The notes under the pieces are model-generated. The model had not been told where the DNA came from and searched no databases. It was given only the letters and a program-made list of their open reading frames with translations. A program made the translations under genes and the position numbers. From Acidimicrobiales bacterium (lineage in GTDB: Bacteria > Actinomycetota > Acidimicrobiia > Acidimicrobiales > UBA8190): a stretch of DNA of 64,000 nucleotides. Positions within the stretch are counted from its first letter, which is position 1, and every line of letters begins with the position of its first letter. Positions 44,170-54,134 of the stretch are shown here, piece after piece. Location of the stretch: positions 10,614 to 74,613 of the forward strand of contig DATLQU010000035.1 in assembly GCA_035535015.1 (NCBI GenBank). The letters are read 5' to 3'.

Positions 44170-45129
44170 GAGCAGCACCCGGCCGAAGGCCTGCCGGCTC
44201 TCGATGTACCCGTGGGCGGCCCCTGCGTCGGCCAGCGGGAACCGCCGGTCGATCACCACCTTCAGTCGTCCGGCGGCGATGTCGTCGAGATGCCTGGCGA
44301 TCATGGCGTGGACGCGGGGGGCGAGGAACAGCTCGGCACCCATGAAGTATCCGATCAGCGACTGGTTGTTCATCCGCAACGTCGAGATGTCCATCTGCTG
44401 GGTTCCCTGCCGCCCGGCGTCACCCACCGTCACGCACCGGCCCCGGTAGGCCAGGGCGCCCAGGCTCCCCGGCAACGTCGATCCCCCCACGGAATCGACG
44501 ATCACGTCGGCGCCCCGTCCGTCGGTCAGCCGGCGCACCTCCTCGACGAAGTCGGTCCTCACGTAGTTGATCCCGTGGTCGAGGCCGAATTCGTGCAACC
44601 GCTCGAGCTTCTCGTCACGCGAGGCGGTGGCCAGCACCGTGGCCCCGGCCCGCTTGGCCAGTTGGATGGCGGCGATCCCGACGCCGCTCGCCCCGGCGTG
44701 GATCAGCGCCGTCTCCCCCGGCTGCAGACGCCCGAACTCGAACAGGCAGTCGTCGGCCGTCGCGAAGGCAACGGGCACGCAGGCGGCCTCCTCGGTGGAC
44801 AGACCCTCGGGGATAGCCCAGCAGAACGGCTCGGCCACGGCCCGCAACTCGGCGTGCGATCCGTCGAGCCCCACCGTCACCACCCGGTCGCCCACCCCGA
44901 AGAGCGTGACGGCGTCGCCCACCGCCTCGACGGTGCCGGCGCACTGGTAGCCGACGATGTGCGGAACCCGGCTCATCTCCCCACCGAGGCGGTTCAGGGT
45001 GTCACCACCCTCGATGCTGATGGCCTCCACCCGGACGAGCACCTCGTGACCGGCCATCGGTGGGTCGGCCACCTCCTCGTAGCGCAGGACCTCGGGACCA
45101 CCGGTCTCGTAGTAGACGGCTGCTTTCAC
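44161..45129 (-). CDS. Zinc-type alcohol dehydrogenase/NADPH:quinone oxidoreductase family (MDR)
   Basis: VKAAVYYETGGPEVL...ALIHAGASGVGIAAIQLAK. GTG start at 45129. Confidence 0.8.
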   Translation of the reverse strand: MKAAVYYETGGPEVLRYEEVADPPMAGHEVLVRVEAISIEGGDTLNRLGGEMSRVPHIVGYQCAGTVEAVGDAVTLFGVGDRVVTVGLDGSHAELRAVAEPFCWAIPEGLSTEEAACVPVAFATADDCLFEFGRLQPGETALIHAGASGVGIAAIQLAKRAGATVLATASRDEKLERLHEFGLDHGINYVRTDFVEEVRRLTDGRGADVIVDSVGGSTLPGSLGALAYRGRCVTVGDAGRQGTQQMDISTLRMNNQSLIGYFMGAELFLAPRVHAMIARHLDDIAAGRLKVVIDRRFPLADAGAAHGYIESRQAFGRVLLLP

Positions 45130-45168
45130 CGCCGCCACCCTAACGCCGCGCCGACGACCCGGCACCGG

Positions 45169-46392
45169 TCACGACTCGTCGGCGTCCCCCGGCTGGGACG
45201 AGGCGGCCAGGGGCAACACCCGTCGGGCAATCGTGTGCACGTCGATGCCCACGGCACCGGCCTCGCGGATGACCCTCCGGACGATCGACCCGCCACCCAT
45301 TAGCTCCTGCCAGCGACTGCGCTGGCTCGAACCGATCACGATCTGGGTGATCTGGTGCTCCCGGGCGAAACGGGTGAGAGCGCGCGCCGGGTCGTCGGCC
45401 GGTATCTCGTGCCACCGGGCACCGAGGTCGGCCGACAGGCCCCGCAGCTTGGCGATGGCCCCGCTCTCATCCCGACCGCTGCTGTCGCCGGCTAGGACAT
45501 GGACAACGTCGAGATCCCCTTTGACCCGGGAGGCGATCCGGGCGGCCCGTCGCAGCAGGATGTCGGTCCCGGGGGCGGCGGTCACCGCCACCATGATCCG
45601 CTCGGTGGTGTCCCAGACACCGGGGTCCTGGTGCCCTCGAAGGTGCTCGAGGAGCTCCTCCTCGGTCTCGTCGGCCAGGAACCGCAGCGCCAATTCCCGC
45701 AGCGCGATCAGGTTGTCGGTGCGGAAGAAGTGGGTGAGCGCCTGGGCAACCTTCTGTTTCGGGTAGATGTTGCCGTGCAGCATCCGTCGGCGCAGCTGTT
45801 CGGGCGAGGAGTCGACCAGCTCGATCTGATCGGCCTTGTGCACGACCCAGTCCGGCACCCGTTCACGCACCGGCGTCCCGGTCATCTGCTCCACGGCGTC
45901 GGCGATGCTCTCGAGGTGCTGGATGTTGACGGTGGTGATCACGTTGATCCCGGCGTCGAGGATCTCGAGGACGTCCTGCCACCGTTTCTCGTGGCGCCCC
46001 GATCCCGGCACGTTGGGGTGGGCCAGCTCGTCGACCAGGGCGAGCGTGGGTCGCCTCCGGATGACGGCGTCGACGTCCATCTCCTCGAACTGCGTCCCCC
46101 GGTAGTCGACCACCAGGCGAGGGACGACCTCGAGCTTGTCGATCTGCTCCTCGGTCAGCTGGCGCCCGTGACACTCGACGAAGCCGACGACGACATCGGT
46201 TCCGCGCTTCCGACGACGCCCACCTTCACTGAGCATGGCGTAGGTCTTGCCCACGCCCGCCGCTGCGCCCAGGTAGATGCGGAAATGCCCCGCCGCTTCG
46301 ACGACGTCAGTGGCGTCGGGATCGACCGCCGCCGCCTCACTCACGCCTTCGTCGGTCCCCTCGGAGCCCGTGTCCCTTCTGCCTTCGTCCAT
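45169..46392 (-). CDS. KdpD-like sensor lacking the membrane and histidine-kinase parts (KdpD N-terminal domain plus USP-like domain only)
   Basis: FRIYLGAAAGVGKTYAML...VVVGFVECHGR...INVITTVNIQHLES, then a USP-like block (RIMVAVTAAPG...ITQIVIGSS). The ORF ends after 407 aa. I found no TM helices, H-box or ATPase motifs. Confidence 0.8.
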   Translation of the reverse strand: MDEGRRDTGSEGTDEGVSEAAAVDPDATDVVEAAGHFRIYLGAAAGVGKTYAMLSEGGRRRKRGTDVVVGFVECHGRQLTEEQIDKLEVVPRLVVDYRGTQFEEMDVDAVIRRRPTLALVDELAHPNVPGSGRHEKRWQDVLEILDAGINVITTVNIQHLESIADAVEQMTGTPVRERVPDWVVHKADQIELVDSSPEQLRRRMLHGNIYPKQKVAQALTHFFRTDNLIALRELALRFLADETEEELLEHLRGHQDPGVWDTTERIMVAVTAAPGTDILLRRAARIASRVKGDLDVVHVLAGDSSGRDESGAIAKLRGLSADLGARWHEIPADDPARALTRFAREHQITQIVIGSSQRSRWQELMGGGSIVRRVIREAGAVGIDVHTIARRVLPLAASSQPGDADES

Positions 46393-46517
46393 TTCGACGG
46401 CTCTCTATCCGACGATGCGCTCGCCGACGGGCCCTAAGATGAGCATGGGCAGCTTCGGTGGCTTGGTCTCCGGCGGCGCCGCAACGGCTGTCGCTCTGCC
46501 GGGGGTGTGCGACTCGC

Positions 46518-46649
46518 TCACGCCTGGCCTGGCTGACGCTCGGGCGACGTCATCTCCGACTCGGCCTCGACATCCGCATCGGCGGTGACGCGACTGTAGG
46601 CGCACGCCACCAGGGCGACAACGACGAAGAAGGCCATAACGGTGGCCAC
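46518..46649 (-). CDS. Candidate 39-43-aa single-TM micro-ORF between the OB-fold gene and the kdpD-like gene
   Basis: Own translation: (VATV)MAFFVVVALVACAYSRVTADADVEAESEMTSPERQPGQA. No clear SD seen. Below the ORF-track cut-off. Confidence 0.25.
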   Translation of the reverse strand: MATVMAFFVVVALVACAYSRVTADADVEAESEMTSPERQPGQA

Positions 46650-46737
46650 CGGTAAGGACGACAGTCATGCCGGAAGCCCGTTCGTCCGAATGTGGGGACG
46701 ATTCCTCGCGAATCCTCGAGGACGGGTCTCCACGATT

Positions 46738-47052
46738 TCACAACTCGAACCGGTAGTGGGGATTCCACAAGAACAGCACACGTCCGTTGGATATCGCTGT
46801 GCCTTCGACCGTGCACTGAGCGCCCTTGACCATGCCGGGAACGGGTCGCCGTCCGCCAAATAGGATTGTGATGCAGCCGGTTTCGTCGTCGAGACGGCAG
46901 ATGTACGCCGGCATCCGACGCCACAGACCCACCTCCGTGTCGACAATCGTCCCTGTCACGACGACTCTCCGTTGGGGGTCGGCGTCGGCGATCCGGCGGG
47001 CGATCGGGCGCCCGCCCCACCAGTCGCCGGAGGCGGGTTCCCAGGCGTTCAC
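46738..47052 (-). CDS. Small OB-fold-like protein translationally coupled to kdpC
   Basis: 104 aa: RRVVVTGTIVDTEVGLWRRMPAYICRLDDETGCITILFGGRRPVPGMVKGAQCTVEGTA (beta-rich, OB-like). Its GTG start overlaps the kdpC stop (GTGA at 47049-47052). Confidence 0.55.
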   Translation of the reverse strand: MNAWEPASGDWWGGRPIARRIADADPQRRVVVTGTIVDTEVGLWRRMPAYICRLDDETGCITILFGGRRPVPGMVKGAQCTVEGTAISNGRVLFLWNPHYRFEL

Positions 47053-47651
47053 CGGAGGTGGGAAAGGGCCACGTTGAGCTCTAGCACGTTGATGTAGGAG
47101 CTGCCCAGGAAGCCGAGCTGGGCACCATGGGTTTCCCGGGCGATCAGGCTCCGCAGAGCCGACGGGGAGATGCCGGTTGCGCCCGACACCATCGGGATCT
47201 GAACGATGGCGTCCTGGGGGGCGATGTCGGGGTCGAGGCCGCTGCCCGAGGTGGTGACGAGGTCAGGAGTGGGATCGACGCCGCGCTTGTGCCAATAGGC
47301 GACGAGGGCCTGGGTGTTGGCCAACAGGATCTTCGAGCGGGGCCCGAGGTTGGTGGCGGCCGACTCCCCGCTCTTGCCGTTGGCCACCAGGGGGTTGTCA
47401 CCGACGCCTGCGTAGGGACCGAGGGCGTCGGGGCGACCCTGGAAGACGCAGCTGCCGTCGGGATGCCCCGGGCATTTCGTGGCCGACCAGTTCTGTCCGA
47501 TCAGGGTCGATCCGTTGGCAGTGACCGATCCGTCGGCCTGGTGCCGGAACAAGAGCTGAGCGACGCCGGTTCCGGCGAAGGCGTAGAGGAAGCCGAAGAA
47601 GACCGTGAAGACCACGATCGAGATGATTGACCGGCGGAGGTGGGCGAGCAT
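47049..47651 (-). CDS. kdpC: K+-transporting ATPase subunit C
   Basis: Position after kdpB, N-terminal TM helix, SGSGLDPDISP-like motif (TSGSGLDPDIAPQDA). Confidence 0.9.
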   Translation of the reverse strand: MLAHLRRSIISIVVFTVFFGFLYAFAGTGVAQLLFRHQADGSVTANGSTLIGQNWSATKCPGHPDGSCVFQGRPDALGPYAGVGDNPLVANGKSGESAATNLGPRSKILLANTQALVAYWHKRGVDPTPDLVTTSGSGLDPDIAPQDAIVQIPMVSGATGISPSALRSLIARETHGAQLGFLGSSYINVLELNVALSHLR

Positions 47652-47664
47652 CAGAAGATCTCCA

Positions 47665-49749
47665 TCAGTAGGCGTGGAGGGCCACGAGGATGAGGTCGAT
47701 GAGCTTGATGAAGATGAAGGGCACGATGACCCCGCCGAACCCGTAGATCAAGACGTTGCGACGTAGGATGGCGGACGACGAGGCAGCCCGGAACCGGACT
47801 CCGCGCAATGCCAGAGGGATCAGAGCCACGATCACGAGGGCGTTGAAGATCACCGCCGACAGCACCGCGCTCTGCGGGCTGTGCAGCTTCATGATGTTGA
47901 GCGCGTTCAGGGGCCCGGGGACGCCTGGTCGCGTGTAGAGGGTGGCAAACAGCGCCGGGATGATGGCGAAGTACTTGGCCACGTCGTTGGCGATGGAGAA
48001 GGTGGTGAGCGATCCGCGGGTGATGAGCAGCTGCTTCCCGATCTCGACCACGTCGATGAGCTTGGTCGGGTTCGAGTCGAGGTCGACCATGTTGCCGGCC
48101 TCTTTGGCCGCCGTCGTCCCCGTGTTCATGGCCACACCCACATCGGCTTGGGCCAGCGCCGGGGCATCGTTGGTGCCGTCGCCGGTCATGGCCACGAGCT
48201 TGCCCCCCTCCTGCTCGGACCGGATCAGGGCCATCTTCGCCTCCGGTGTGGCCTCGGCCAGGTAGTCGTCGACGCCCGCCTCCTGGGCGATGGCGGCGGC
48301 GGTCAGGGGGTTGTCGCCCGTGATCATCACGGTGCGGATACCCATCTGCCGCATCTCCTCGAACTTCTCCTTGATCCCCTGCTTGACCACGTCCTTCAGC
48401 TCGATGACGCCGAGGATCTTCTGGCCGTCGGCCACCACCAAAGGCGTCGAGCCGACCCGCGACGTCCGTTCCACGATGTCGTCGAGCCCGTCGGGGATAC
48501 TGCCCCCCTGATCGATCACCCACCGCTTCATCGACTCGGCCGCGCCCTTGCGGATCTGCCGGCCTTCGATGTCGAGTCCCGACATCCTGGTGGTGGCCGA
48601 GAAGGGGACGAAGATGTGTCCGGCGCCTAGATCGCGTTCCCGGATGTTGAAGCGCTCCTTGGCCAGTACCACGATGGAGCGGCCTTCCGGGGTCTCGTCG
48701 GCCAGCGACGCCAGCTGGGCGGCATCGGCCAGCTCCTCCTCGTCGTAACCGTCGGCGGGATAGAACGACGACGCCATGCGGTTGCCCAGGGTGATGGTGC
48801 CCGTCTTGTCGAGCAGCAGCGTCTGGACGTCGCCGGCCGCCTCGACGGCCCGGCCGCTCATGGCCAGGACGTTTCGCTGGACCAACCGATCCATCCCGGC
48901 GATGCCGATGGCCGACAGCAGCGCCCCGATGGTGGTGGGGATCAGGCACACGAGGAGCGCTACCAGGACGACCACCGACACCGAGGTGCCCGAGTAGTGG
49001 GCGAACGGCTGGAGAGCCACAACCACGGGCAGGAACACGATCGTCAGGACGGAGAGGAGGATGGTGAGGGCGATCTCGTTCGGCGTCTTCTGTCGATTGG
49101 CCCCCTCCACCAGGGTGATCATGCGGTCGAGGAAGGTCTTGCCCCGTTCGGCCGTGATACGCACGACGATGCGGTCCGACAGCACCCTGGTGCCGCCGGT
49201 CACCGCCGAGCGGTCCCCGCCGGACTCCCGGATGACGGGGGCGGATTCACCGGTGATGGCCGACTCGTCCACCGACGCCACCCCTTCGATGATCTCGCCG
49301 TCGGACGGGATGGGATCGTTCGCCTGGCAGACCACCAGATCGCCTTTGGCCAACGTCGAGGCCGGTACCCGCTCCTCGGTCCCATCGTCACTCAGCCGTC
49401 GGGCTTCGGTCTCCGAACGCATCTTGCGCAGGGTGTCGGCCTGGGCCTTGCCCCGACCTTCGGCCATGGCCTCGGCGAAGTTGGCGAACGTCACCGTCAG
49501 GAACAGCCAGATGGTGATGGACCAGTCGAAGATGCCCGGGTGAGCGATGGCCTCGATGAACGTGACGATCGTCCCGATCAGAACCACGAACATGACGGGG
49601 TTCTTTACCTGGACCAAGGGGTTGAACTTCTTGAAGGCGTCGACCCCCGCATGGCGGAGGATCTCACCGTCGAAAAGGCTCCGGGCCTCGGCCACGCCGT
49701 GGGGGGTAGAGCCGGGTTGGGGCTGCGGTTGTGTGGTCAGGGTTGTCAT
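47665..49749 (-). CDS. kdpB: K+-transporting P-type ATPase subunit B
   Basis: [21 protein letters not shown] and [18 protein letters not shown] trimmed the track ORF to MTTLTTQPQ at 49749, an ATGA overlap with the kdpA stop. Confidence 0.92.
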   Translation of the reverse strand: MTTLTTQPQPQPGSTPHGVAEARSLFDGEILRHAGVDAFKKFNPLVQVKNPVMFVVLIGTIVTFIEAIAHPGIFDWSITIWLFLTVTFANFAEAMAEGRGKAQADTLRKMRSETEARRLSDDGTEERVPASTLAKGDLVVCQANDPIPSDGEIIEGVASVDESAITGESAPVIRESGGDRSAVTGGTRVLSDRIVVRITAERGKTFLDRMITLVEGANRQKTPNEIALTILLSVLTIVFLPVVVALQPFAHYSGTSVSVVVLVALLVCLIPTTIGALLSAIGIAGMDRLVQRNVLAMSGRAVEAAGDVQTLLLDKTGTITLGNRMASSFYPADGYDEEELADAAQLASLADETPEGRSIVVLAKERFNIRERDLGAGHIFVPFSATTRMSGLDIEGRQIRKGAAESMKRWVIDQGGSIPDGLDDIVERTSRVGSTPLVVADGQKILGVIELKDVVKQGIKEKFEEMRQMGIRTVMITGDNPLTAAAIAQEAGVDDYLAEATPEAKMALIRSEQEGGKLVAMTGDGTNDAPALAQADVGVAMNTGTTAAKEAGNMVDLDSNPTKLIDVVEIGKQLLITRGSLTTFSIANDVAKYFAIIPALFATLYTRPGVPGPLNALNIMKLHSPQSAVLSAVIFNALVIVALIPLALRGVRFRAASSSAILRRNVLIYGFGGVIVPFIFIKLIDLILVALHAY

Positions 49750-51437
49750 CAGAAGAACTTTCCGTGGCTGAGTTGTTCGACGAGGGGGCCGAGGGCGACG
49801 GCCGGGAAGAAGGTGAGGCCGCCGATGATCACGATCACGCCGATGACGAGGCCGACGAACATGCCGTTGTCGGTCCTGAACGTGCCCAACGACGCTGGGA
49901 CCACGTTCTTGGCTGCCAGCACACCCCCGAGGGCGAGCGCCGGGATAATGATGCCGAACCTGCCGATCAGCATGTCGATGGCGCCGATGACGTTGTAGAA
50001 GGTGGTGTTCCCGGTGAGGCCGGCCATGGCCGATCCGTTGTTGTTGCCCTGCGACGTAAGTCCATAGAGGATCTCGGTGAACCCGTGCGGGCCGGAGTTG
50101 AGCGGTCCCGCCCGCCCGGCGTGGATCGACACGGCGATGGCGGTGAGCACGAGCACGGTGATCGGCATCACCAGGGCGGCCAGGCCCGCCAGCTTCACCT
50201 CCTTGGCTTGGATCTTCTTGCCCAAGTACTCCGGTGTTCGCCCGATCATGAGTCCGCCGATGAACACGGCGATGATGGCGTAGATCAGGATCGTGTACAG
50301 CCCGCTTCCCACCCCCCCAGGGGTGACCTCGCCCAGCATCATGCCGGTGAGGGGGCCGAAGCCGCCCATGGGGTTGTACGAGTCGGTGGCGCTGTCGACG
50401 GCCCCGTCGGAGGTCTGGGTCATCGACACGTTGAACAAGGCGCTGCTCGTGTCGCCGAATCGAGTCTCCTTGCCCTCTGTGTTCCCGACCTTCGAATGGA
50501 CACCGGCGGCAGCGACGGCGGGGTTGTTCTGGTGCTCGGAGTAGCTGGTGAATCCCACCCACACCCCGAAGATGAGCACCATGGCGGCCAGGAGGGCTAC
50601 CCCGTGCTTGATACTGCCCACCATCTTGCCGAAGGTGTACGTCAGTGCGAACGGGATGGAGAGCGTGAGCCAGATGTAGAGCAGGTTGGTGATCGCCGTG
50701 GGGTTCTCGAGGGGGTGGGCGAGGTCAACGTCGAAGAACCCACCGCCGTTGGTCCCGAGCTGCATGATGGGACCCATGAACCCGGCGGGGCCACGGGGGA
50801 TGGTCTGACTCACGCCGTTGAGCGAATCATGGATCGTGATCGGCCCGGCCAGGGTCTGCACAGCTCCGGCGCCCACGATGATGATGCCGGAGAGGAAGGC
50901 GATCGGGAGCAGGATGTAGAGCAGGCAACGGGTGATGTCGACCCAGAAGTTGCCGATCGTGGGAGAGTTCCGGCGAGTGAAGCCCCGCGCCATGGCGATC
51001 GCCACGGCGATGCCGACGGCGGCGCTCACGAACTGCTGCACTGTCAGAACGCCGATCTGGGAGAAGTACGACATGGCTGTCTCGCCGCCGTAGTTCTGCC
51101 AGTTGGTATTGGTCGTGAACGACGCGATCGTGTTGAAACTGAGCGCCGGCGGTACGGCGCCGAAATGCTGCGGGTTGAGCGGTAGGGACCCTTGAATCCT
51201 CAGCAGCAGATAGCCCACGCCAAGGACCGCGCCAGAGAAAATCACCGTCGAGCCGGCGTAGCGCTTCCAGCTCTGCTCGTGGTCGGGACCCGTCCCGAGA
51301 AGCCGGTAGAACGGCCGCTCGGCCCAGGCAAAGTAGTGAACTCGACCGTCGAAGACGGCGGCCATGTACGAACCCAAGTACCGCCAGGTGATCCCCAGGG
51401 CGATGACCAGGACGACGATTGTCCAGAAGAAGCCCAT
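49749..51437 (-). CDS. kdpA: K+-transporting ATPase subunit A
   Basis: ~560-aa polytopic protein starting [11 protein letters not shown]. It has the conserved [10 protein letters not shown] block and sits between kdpF and kdpB. Confidence 0.92.
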   Translation of the reverse strand: MGFFWTIVVLVIALGITWRYLGSYMAAVFDGRVHYFAWAERPFYRLLGTGPDHEQSWKRYAGSTVIFSGAVLGVGYLLLRIQGSLPLNPQHFGAVPPALSFNTIASFTTNTNWQNYGGETAMSYFSQIGVLTVQQFVSAAVGIAVAIAMARGFTRRNSPTIGNFWVDITRCLLYILLPIAFLSGIIIVGAGAVQTLAGPITIHDSLNGVSQTIPRGPAGFMGPIMQLGTNGGGFFDVDLAHPLENPTAITNLLYIWLTLSIPFALTYTFGKMVGSIKHGVALLAAMVLIFGVWVGFTSYSEHQNNPAVAAAGVHSKVGNTEGKETRFGDTSSALFNVSMTQTSDGAVDSATDSYNPMGGFGPLTGMMLGEVTPGGVGSGLYTILIYAIIAVFIGGLMIGRTPEYLGKKIQAKEVKLAGLAALVMPITVLVLTAIAVSIHAGRAGPLNSGPHGFTEILYGLTSQGNNNGSAMAGLTGNTTFYNVIGAIDMLIGRFGIIIPALALGGVLAAKNVVPASLGTFRTDNGMFVGLVIGVIVIIGGLTFFPAVALGPLVEQLSHGKFF

Positions 51438-51526
51438 TAGAACCACTCAGGCTTGAACATGGCCACGGCGAGATAGATGAAGACGGCGATGGCGACGGCC
51501 AGCAGGATTCCTTGAACGACGGTCAT
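51437..51526 (-). CDS. kdpF: K+-transporting ATPase subunit F (29 aa)
   Basis: Own translation: MTVVQGILLAVAIAVFIYLAVAMFKPEWF. Its TAA shares one nucleotide with the kdpA ATG (TAATG). Confidence 0.75.
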   Translation of the reverse strand: MTVVQGILLAVAIAVFIYLAVAMFKPEWF

Positions 51527-51612
51527 ACCCGCTCCAATGCCCAGATCAGCCCCAGCATGGCCAGGGCGAAAGCCACGATTCCGAGTACCGCCAGAAAGTC
51601 AGCCATGTCCAT
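51523..51612 (-). CDS. Second KdpF-sized hydrophobic micro-ORF (29 aa) translationally coupled to kdpF
   Basis: Own translation: MDMADFLAVLGIVAFALAMLGLIWALERV. Its TGA overlaps the kdpF ATG (ATGA at 51523-51526). Confidence 0.5.
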   Translation of the reverse strand: MDMADFLAVLGIVAFALAMLGLIWALERV

Positions 51613-51985
51613 CACGGTATGACGACGCCGCGTGAACGGGCCATAAACGAAGGCCGGTGATCCGTAAACACGGCGTGAACGAGAAACCTGAGACCGCAGG
51701 ACGGAGGAGTGGTTCAACTGCCCGAGACCGGGTGCCGGCTACGACTGCGTCCAACGGGGAATCGGATCCCCGAACGAGGCCGCCGCTCCCACCAGCCGGG
51801 ACCAACAGGGCCGCCGCTGCAGAACACGATGACGAAGGCGAAGGCGAGCTGAGAGCGACGGCGGTGACGTCGGGGGCGGTCATCGTTCAGGTTCGCTTAC
51901 GACGAGACAGCGATACCGACCACGCGCGTCCATGTGCGTATTCAACGCCGCCGGTTACCGCCCGGCTACGGCATTCACCGGCAGT

Positions 51986-53527
51986 TCACGGGTGAGCCCG
52001 TCGATTCCGCCTCGTTTCCGGCGTGGTCGACCCGGCTGCCGCCGCCTCGATCTGGCTGGCGTCAGCGGGGAGCAGGAAACCGGCGCGCACGGCGCGGCCG
52101 GTGGCCTGATCGAACTTGGCCACGTAGTCGGCGTGCGCGGGGTACAGAGAGGTGAGGGCGGCCGGGCTGAACGGCGTGGTCGATCCGAAGAGCTTGCAGG
52201 TGAGTGGCACTCCGGCCGGGGCGTTGCCGGACAGCGCGGCGATGGGGACGTCGAGCTCGGGGGTGCGGATGCCGCCCTCGGCGTTGCCGAGCCTGTCGCG
52301 GCGGATGACGGGGGTGGTCCCGCCGACCACGGCCAGCCGGGGGGCGTGGGGCGGGGCGACACCCGTGCGGACCCAGCGGTTCAGAGCGGCGATGGCGGCG
52401 TCGAGCACCCAGTGCTGGGGACCGGCGTTCATGGCCGTCGTGCAGCCCAGGGCGGTGAGCGCGGTGGCGTGGGTGACGATGGCCTCGGCCGCGCCCGGTG
52501 CTCCGGTGTCGGAGGCCCCGACGCCGGCGATGTAGTCGTCGGCGTGGGCCGTGCCGGCCACCTCCCAGTCCCGGAACCAGCGGTTGTCGGGTTGGCGGTC
52601 ACGGATGTATCCCATGGTGAGGTCCGTCTCCGTCTCGAAAGCCATCACCGGGACGTCGAGGTCGGTGCGAAACGGCTCGTGGACACCGAACGAGAGTGTC
52701 CCGGCGAGCGAGGTGCCGCCACTCCACCGACTGTGGACCATGTAGCCGTTGAAGACTCGGGCGACCGGGGCGACGGCGTCGATGTAGGTCGTCAGGAAGA
52801 ACGCCGACTGCGACTCCCCGTCGGCGATCAGGGCCTTCGGTCGCAGTCCACCGAGGGGAGCCACCCCCCGGGGGTGGGCGATGGCCCGGGCCGCCTGGGA
52901 GAAGATGTCGTAGGAGTAGGCGTCACCGGGGTGGTGAAGCGTGGCGTAGCGGCCCGGGTCCGCTCTTCTCAGTCCTGACCCGCCCAGGCCGAGCACCGAG
53001 GTGCCCCCGTTCACCCCGAGGGCCTGGGCCGAGACCCCCACCCAGGCGAAGCCCTGGCGGATCAGCTCCGTGTGGTCGCCCACCCAGTCCGGGGCGTCGT
53101 CGGCCCCGGCGCTGACGTTCAGCCATTCGACGATGACGGTTCCGTTGAACCGCTTGGGATTGCTCGGCCGGTAGACGAGGAGCCGGGTGCGGTAGCGGGC
53201 CGGCGGTCCGTCGGTCAGCTTCCAGCGGCCGTCGGCCGGAGCCCTCCCCCGCAGCCGGTAGCTCCGGGCCGATCCCGAGATGAAGTACTCGGCGCTGCTG
53301 TAGCCGACCTTGGACAGAGGAAACGACGTCGAGATGATGGTCGGCGTGCCCGGGCCACGGATCGGACCCCTGACCGTCGGGACGGGAACGGTGGAGGGGG
53401 CGAGCGTGGGTGCCGACGTGGCCGCCGAGGCCACGGCGGAGCTCGAGGCCACCCATGCCGTCAGACAGGCCAGGGACACAGTGGCCGCCAGGGCCCGGGT
53501 CGATCCTCTTCCGGTCAGCCGCACCAT
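51986..53527 (-). CDS. Secreted conserved protein, probable alpha/beta-hydrolase-fold
   Basis: Start at 53527 gives signal peptide MVRLTGRGSTRALAATVSLACLTAWVASSSAVASA. The block GTVIVEWLNVSAGADDAPDW...GFAWVGVSAQALGVNG is recalled from proteins annotated as alpha/beta hydrolase domain-containing. Weak assignment. Confidence 0.45.
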   Translation of the reverse strand: MVRLTGRGSTRALAATVSLACLTAWVASSSAVASAATSAPTLAPSTVPVPTVRGPIRGPGTPTIISTSFPLSKVGYSSAEYFISGSARSYRLRGRAPADGRWKLTDGPPARYRTRLLVYRPSNPKRFNGTVIVEWLNVSAGADDAPDWVGDHTELIRQGFAWVGVSAQALGVNGGTSVLGLGGSGLRRADPGRYATLHHPGDAYSYDIFSQAARAIAHPRGVAPLGGLRPKALIADGESQSAFFLTTYIDAVAPVARVFNGYMVHSRWSGGTSLAGTLSFGVHEPFRTDLDVPVMAFETETDLTMGYIRDRQPDNRWFRDWEVAGTAHADDYIAGVGASDTGAPGAAEAIVTHATALTALGCTTAMNAGPQHWVLDAAIAALNRWVRTGVAPPHAPRLAVVGGTTPVIRRDRLGNAEGGIRTPELDVPIAALSGNAPAGVPLTCKLFGSTTPFSPAALTSLYPAHADYVAKFDQATGRAVRAGFLLPADASQIEAAAAGSTTPETRRNRRAHP

Positions 53528-53613
53528 GGGCCCGCACCTCTTGCGGCCGTGGGGGCCCGCCGTCGTCAACGACACACCGTGCCGGGAGAACCCCAGAGTG
53601 TGCCACGAAGAGG

Positions 53614-53658
53614 GTGACCTGGCTTACGGCGTGAACCTGGACCTACGGGGTGACCTGG
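53614..53658. promoter_or_regulatory. Three direct repeats GTGA(A)CCTGG at 17-19-bp spacing upstream of the secreted-hydrolase gene
   Basis: gtgacctgg (53614), gtgaacctgg (53631), gtgacctgg (53650). Confidence 0.3.
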
Positions 53659-53723
53659 GCGACGGAGAATCCCCGGGCCGATGCCGTTCCCCGGAGTCGT
53701 TGCGGAGCCCGGGGCCGAAATGT

Positions 53724-54134
53724 TCAGCCCGAGATCACCGGCGGCGGACGTCGGGCCCGGCCCACGGCGGTGGCCACGGCATCGAGGAGGTGCTCGGGGT
53801 CCACCGGCTTGTGGAGGTAGGCGATGCCCCGGACGGCCAGGTCCTTGCGACCGGACGAATCCACGTCGTGGGCCGACATGAGGACGGCCGGCGGCGGGTT
53901 CTCGAGGGCGGCCAGGACGGTCATGCCGTCCACCCGGGGCATCCGGTTGTCGAGAACCAGGGCGTCGAAGCGCTCGGCGCCGAGGAGGTCGAGAGCCACG
54001 TCGCCGTCGTCGGCCTCGGTGACGGTGTAGCCCTCGAGGCGCAGGATGTCGACCACCGACCCGCGCACCGAGGCGTCGTCGTCGGCCACCAGGATGGTGG
54101 GCGACGAGCTCGGCCGGGTGGCGCTGATGGTCAC
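53724..54134 (-). CDS. Stand-alone response-regulator receiver domain (CheY-like)
   Basis: ILVADDD...FDALVLDNRMPRVDG...YLHKP. The GTG start overlaps the stop of the upstream GGDEF-EAL gene (GTGA). Confidence 0.8.
   Translation of the reverse strand: MTISATRPSSSPTILVADDDASVRGSVVDILRLEGYTVTEADDGDVALDLLGAERFDALVLDNRMPRVDGMTVLAALENPPPAVLMSAHDVDSSGRKDLAVRGIAYLHKPVDPEHLLDAVATAVGRARRPPPVISG

Noticed and set aside
51599-51883. 94-aa minus-strand ORF in the kdp leader (MTAPDVTAVALSSPSPSSSCSAAAALL...).
   Set aside because: It has Ser/Pro/Ala-rich low-complexity sequence, no SD and no recognisable fold. I treated the region as an untranslated leader.
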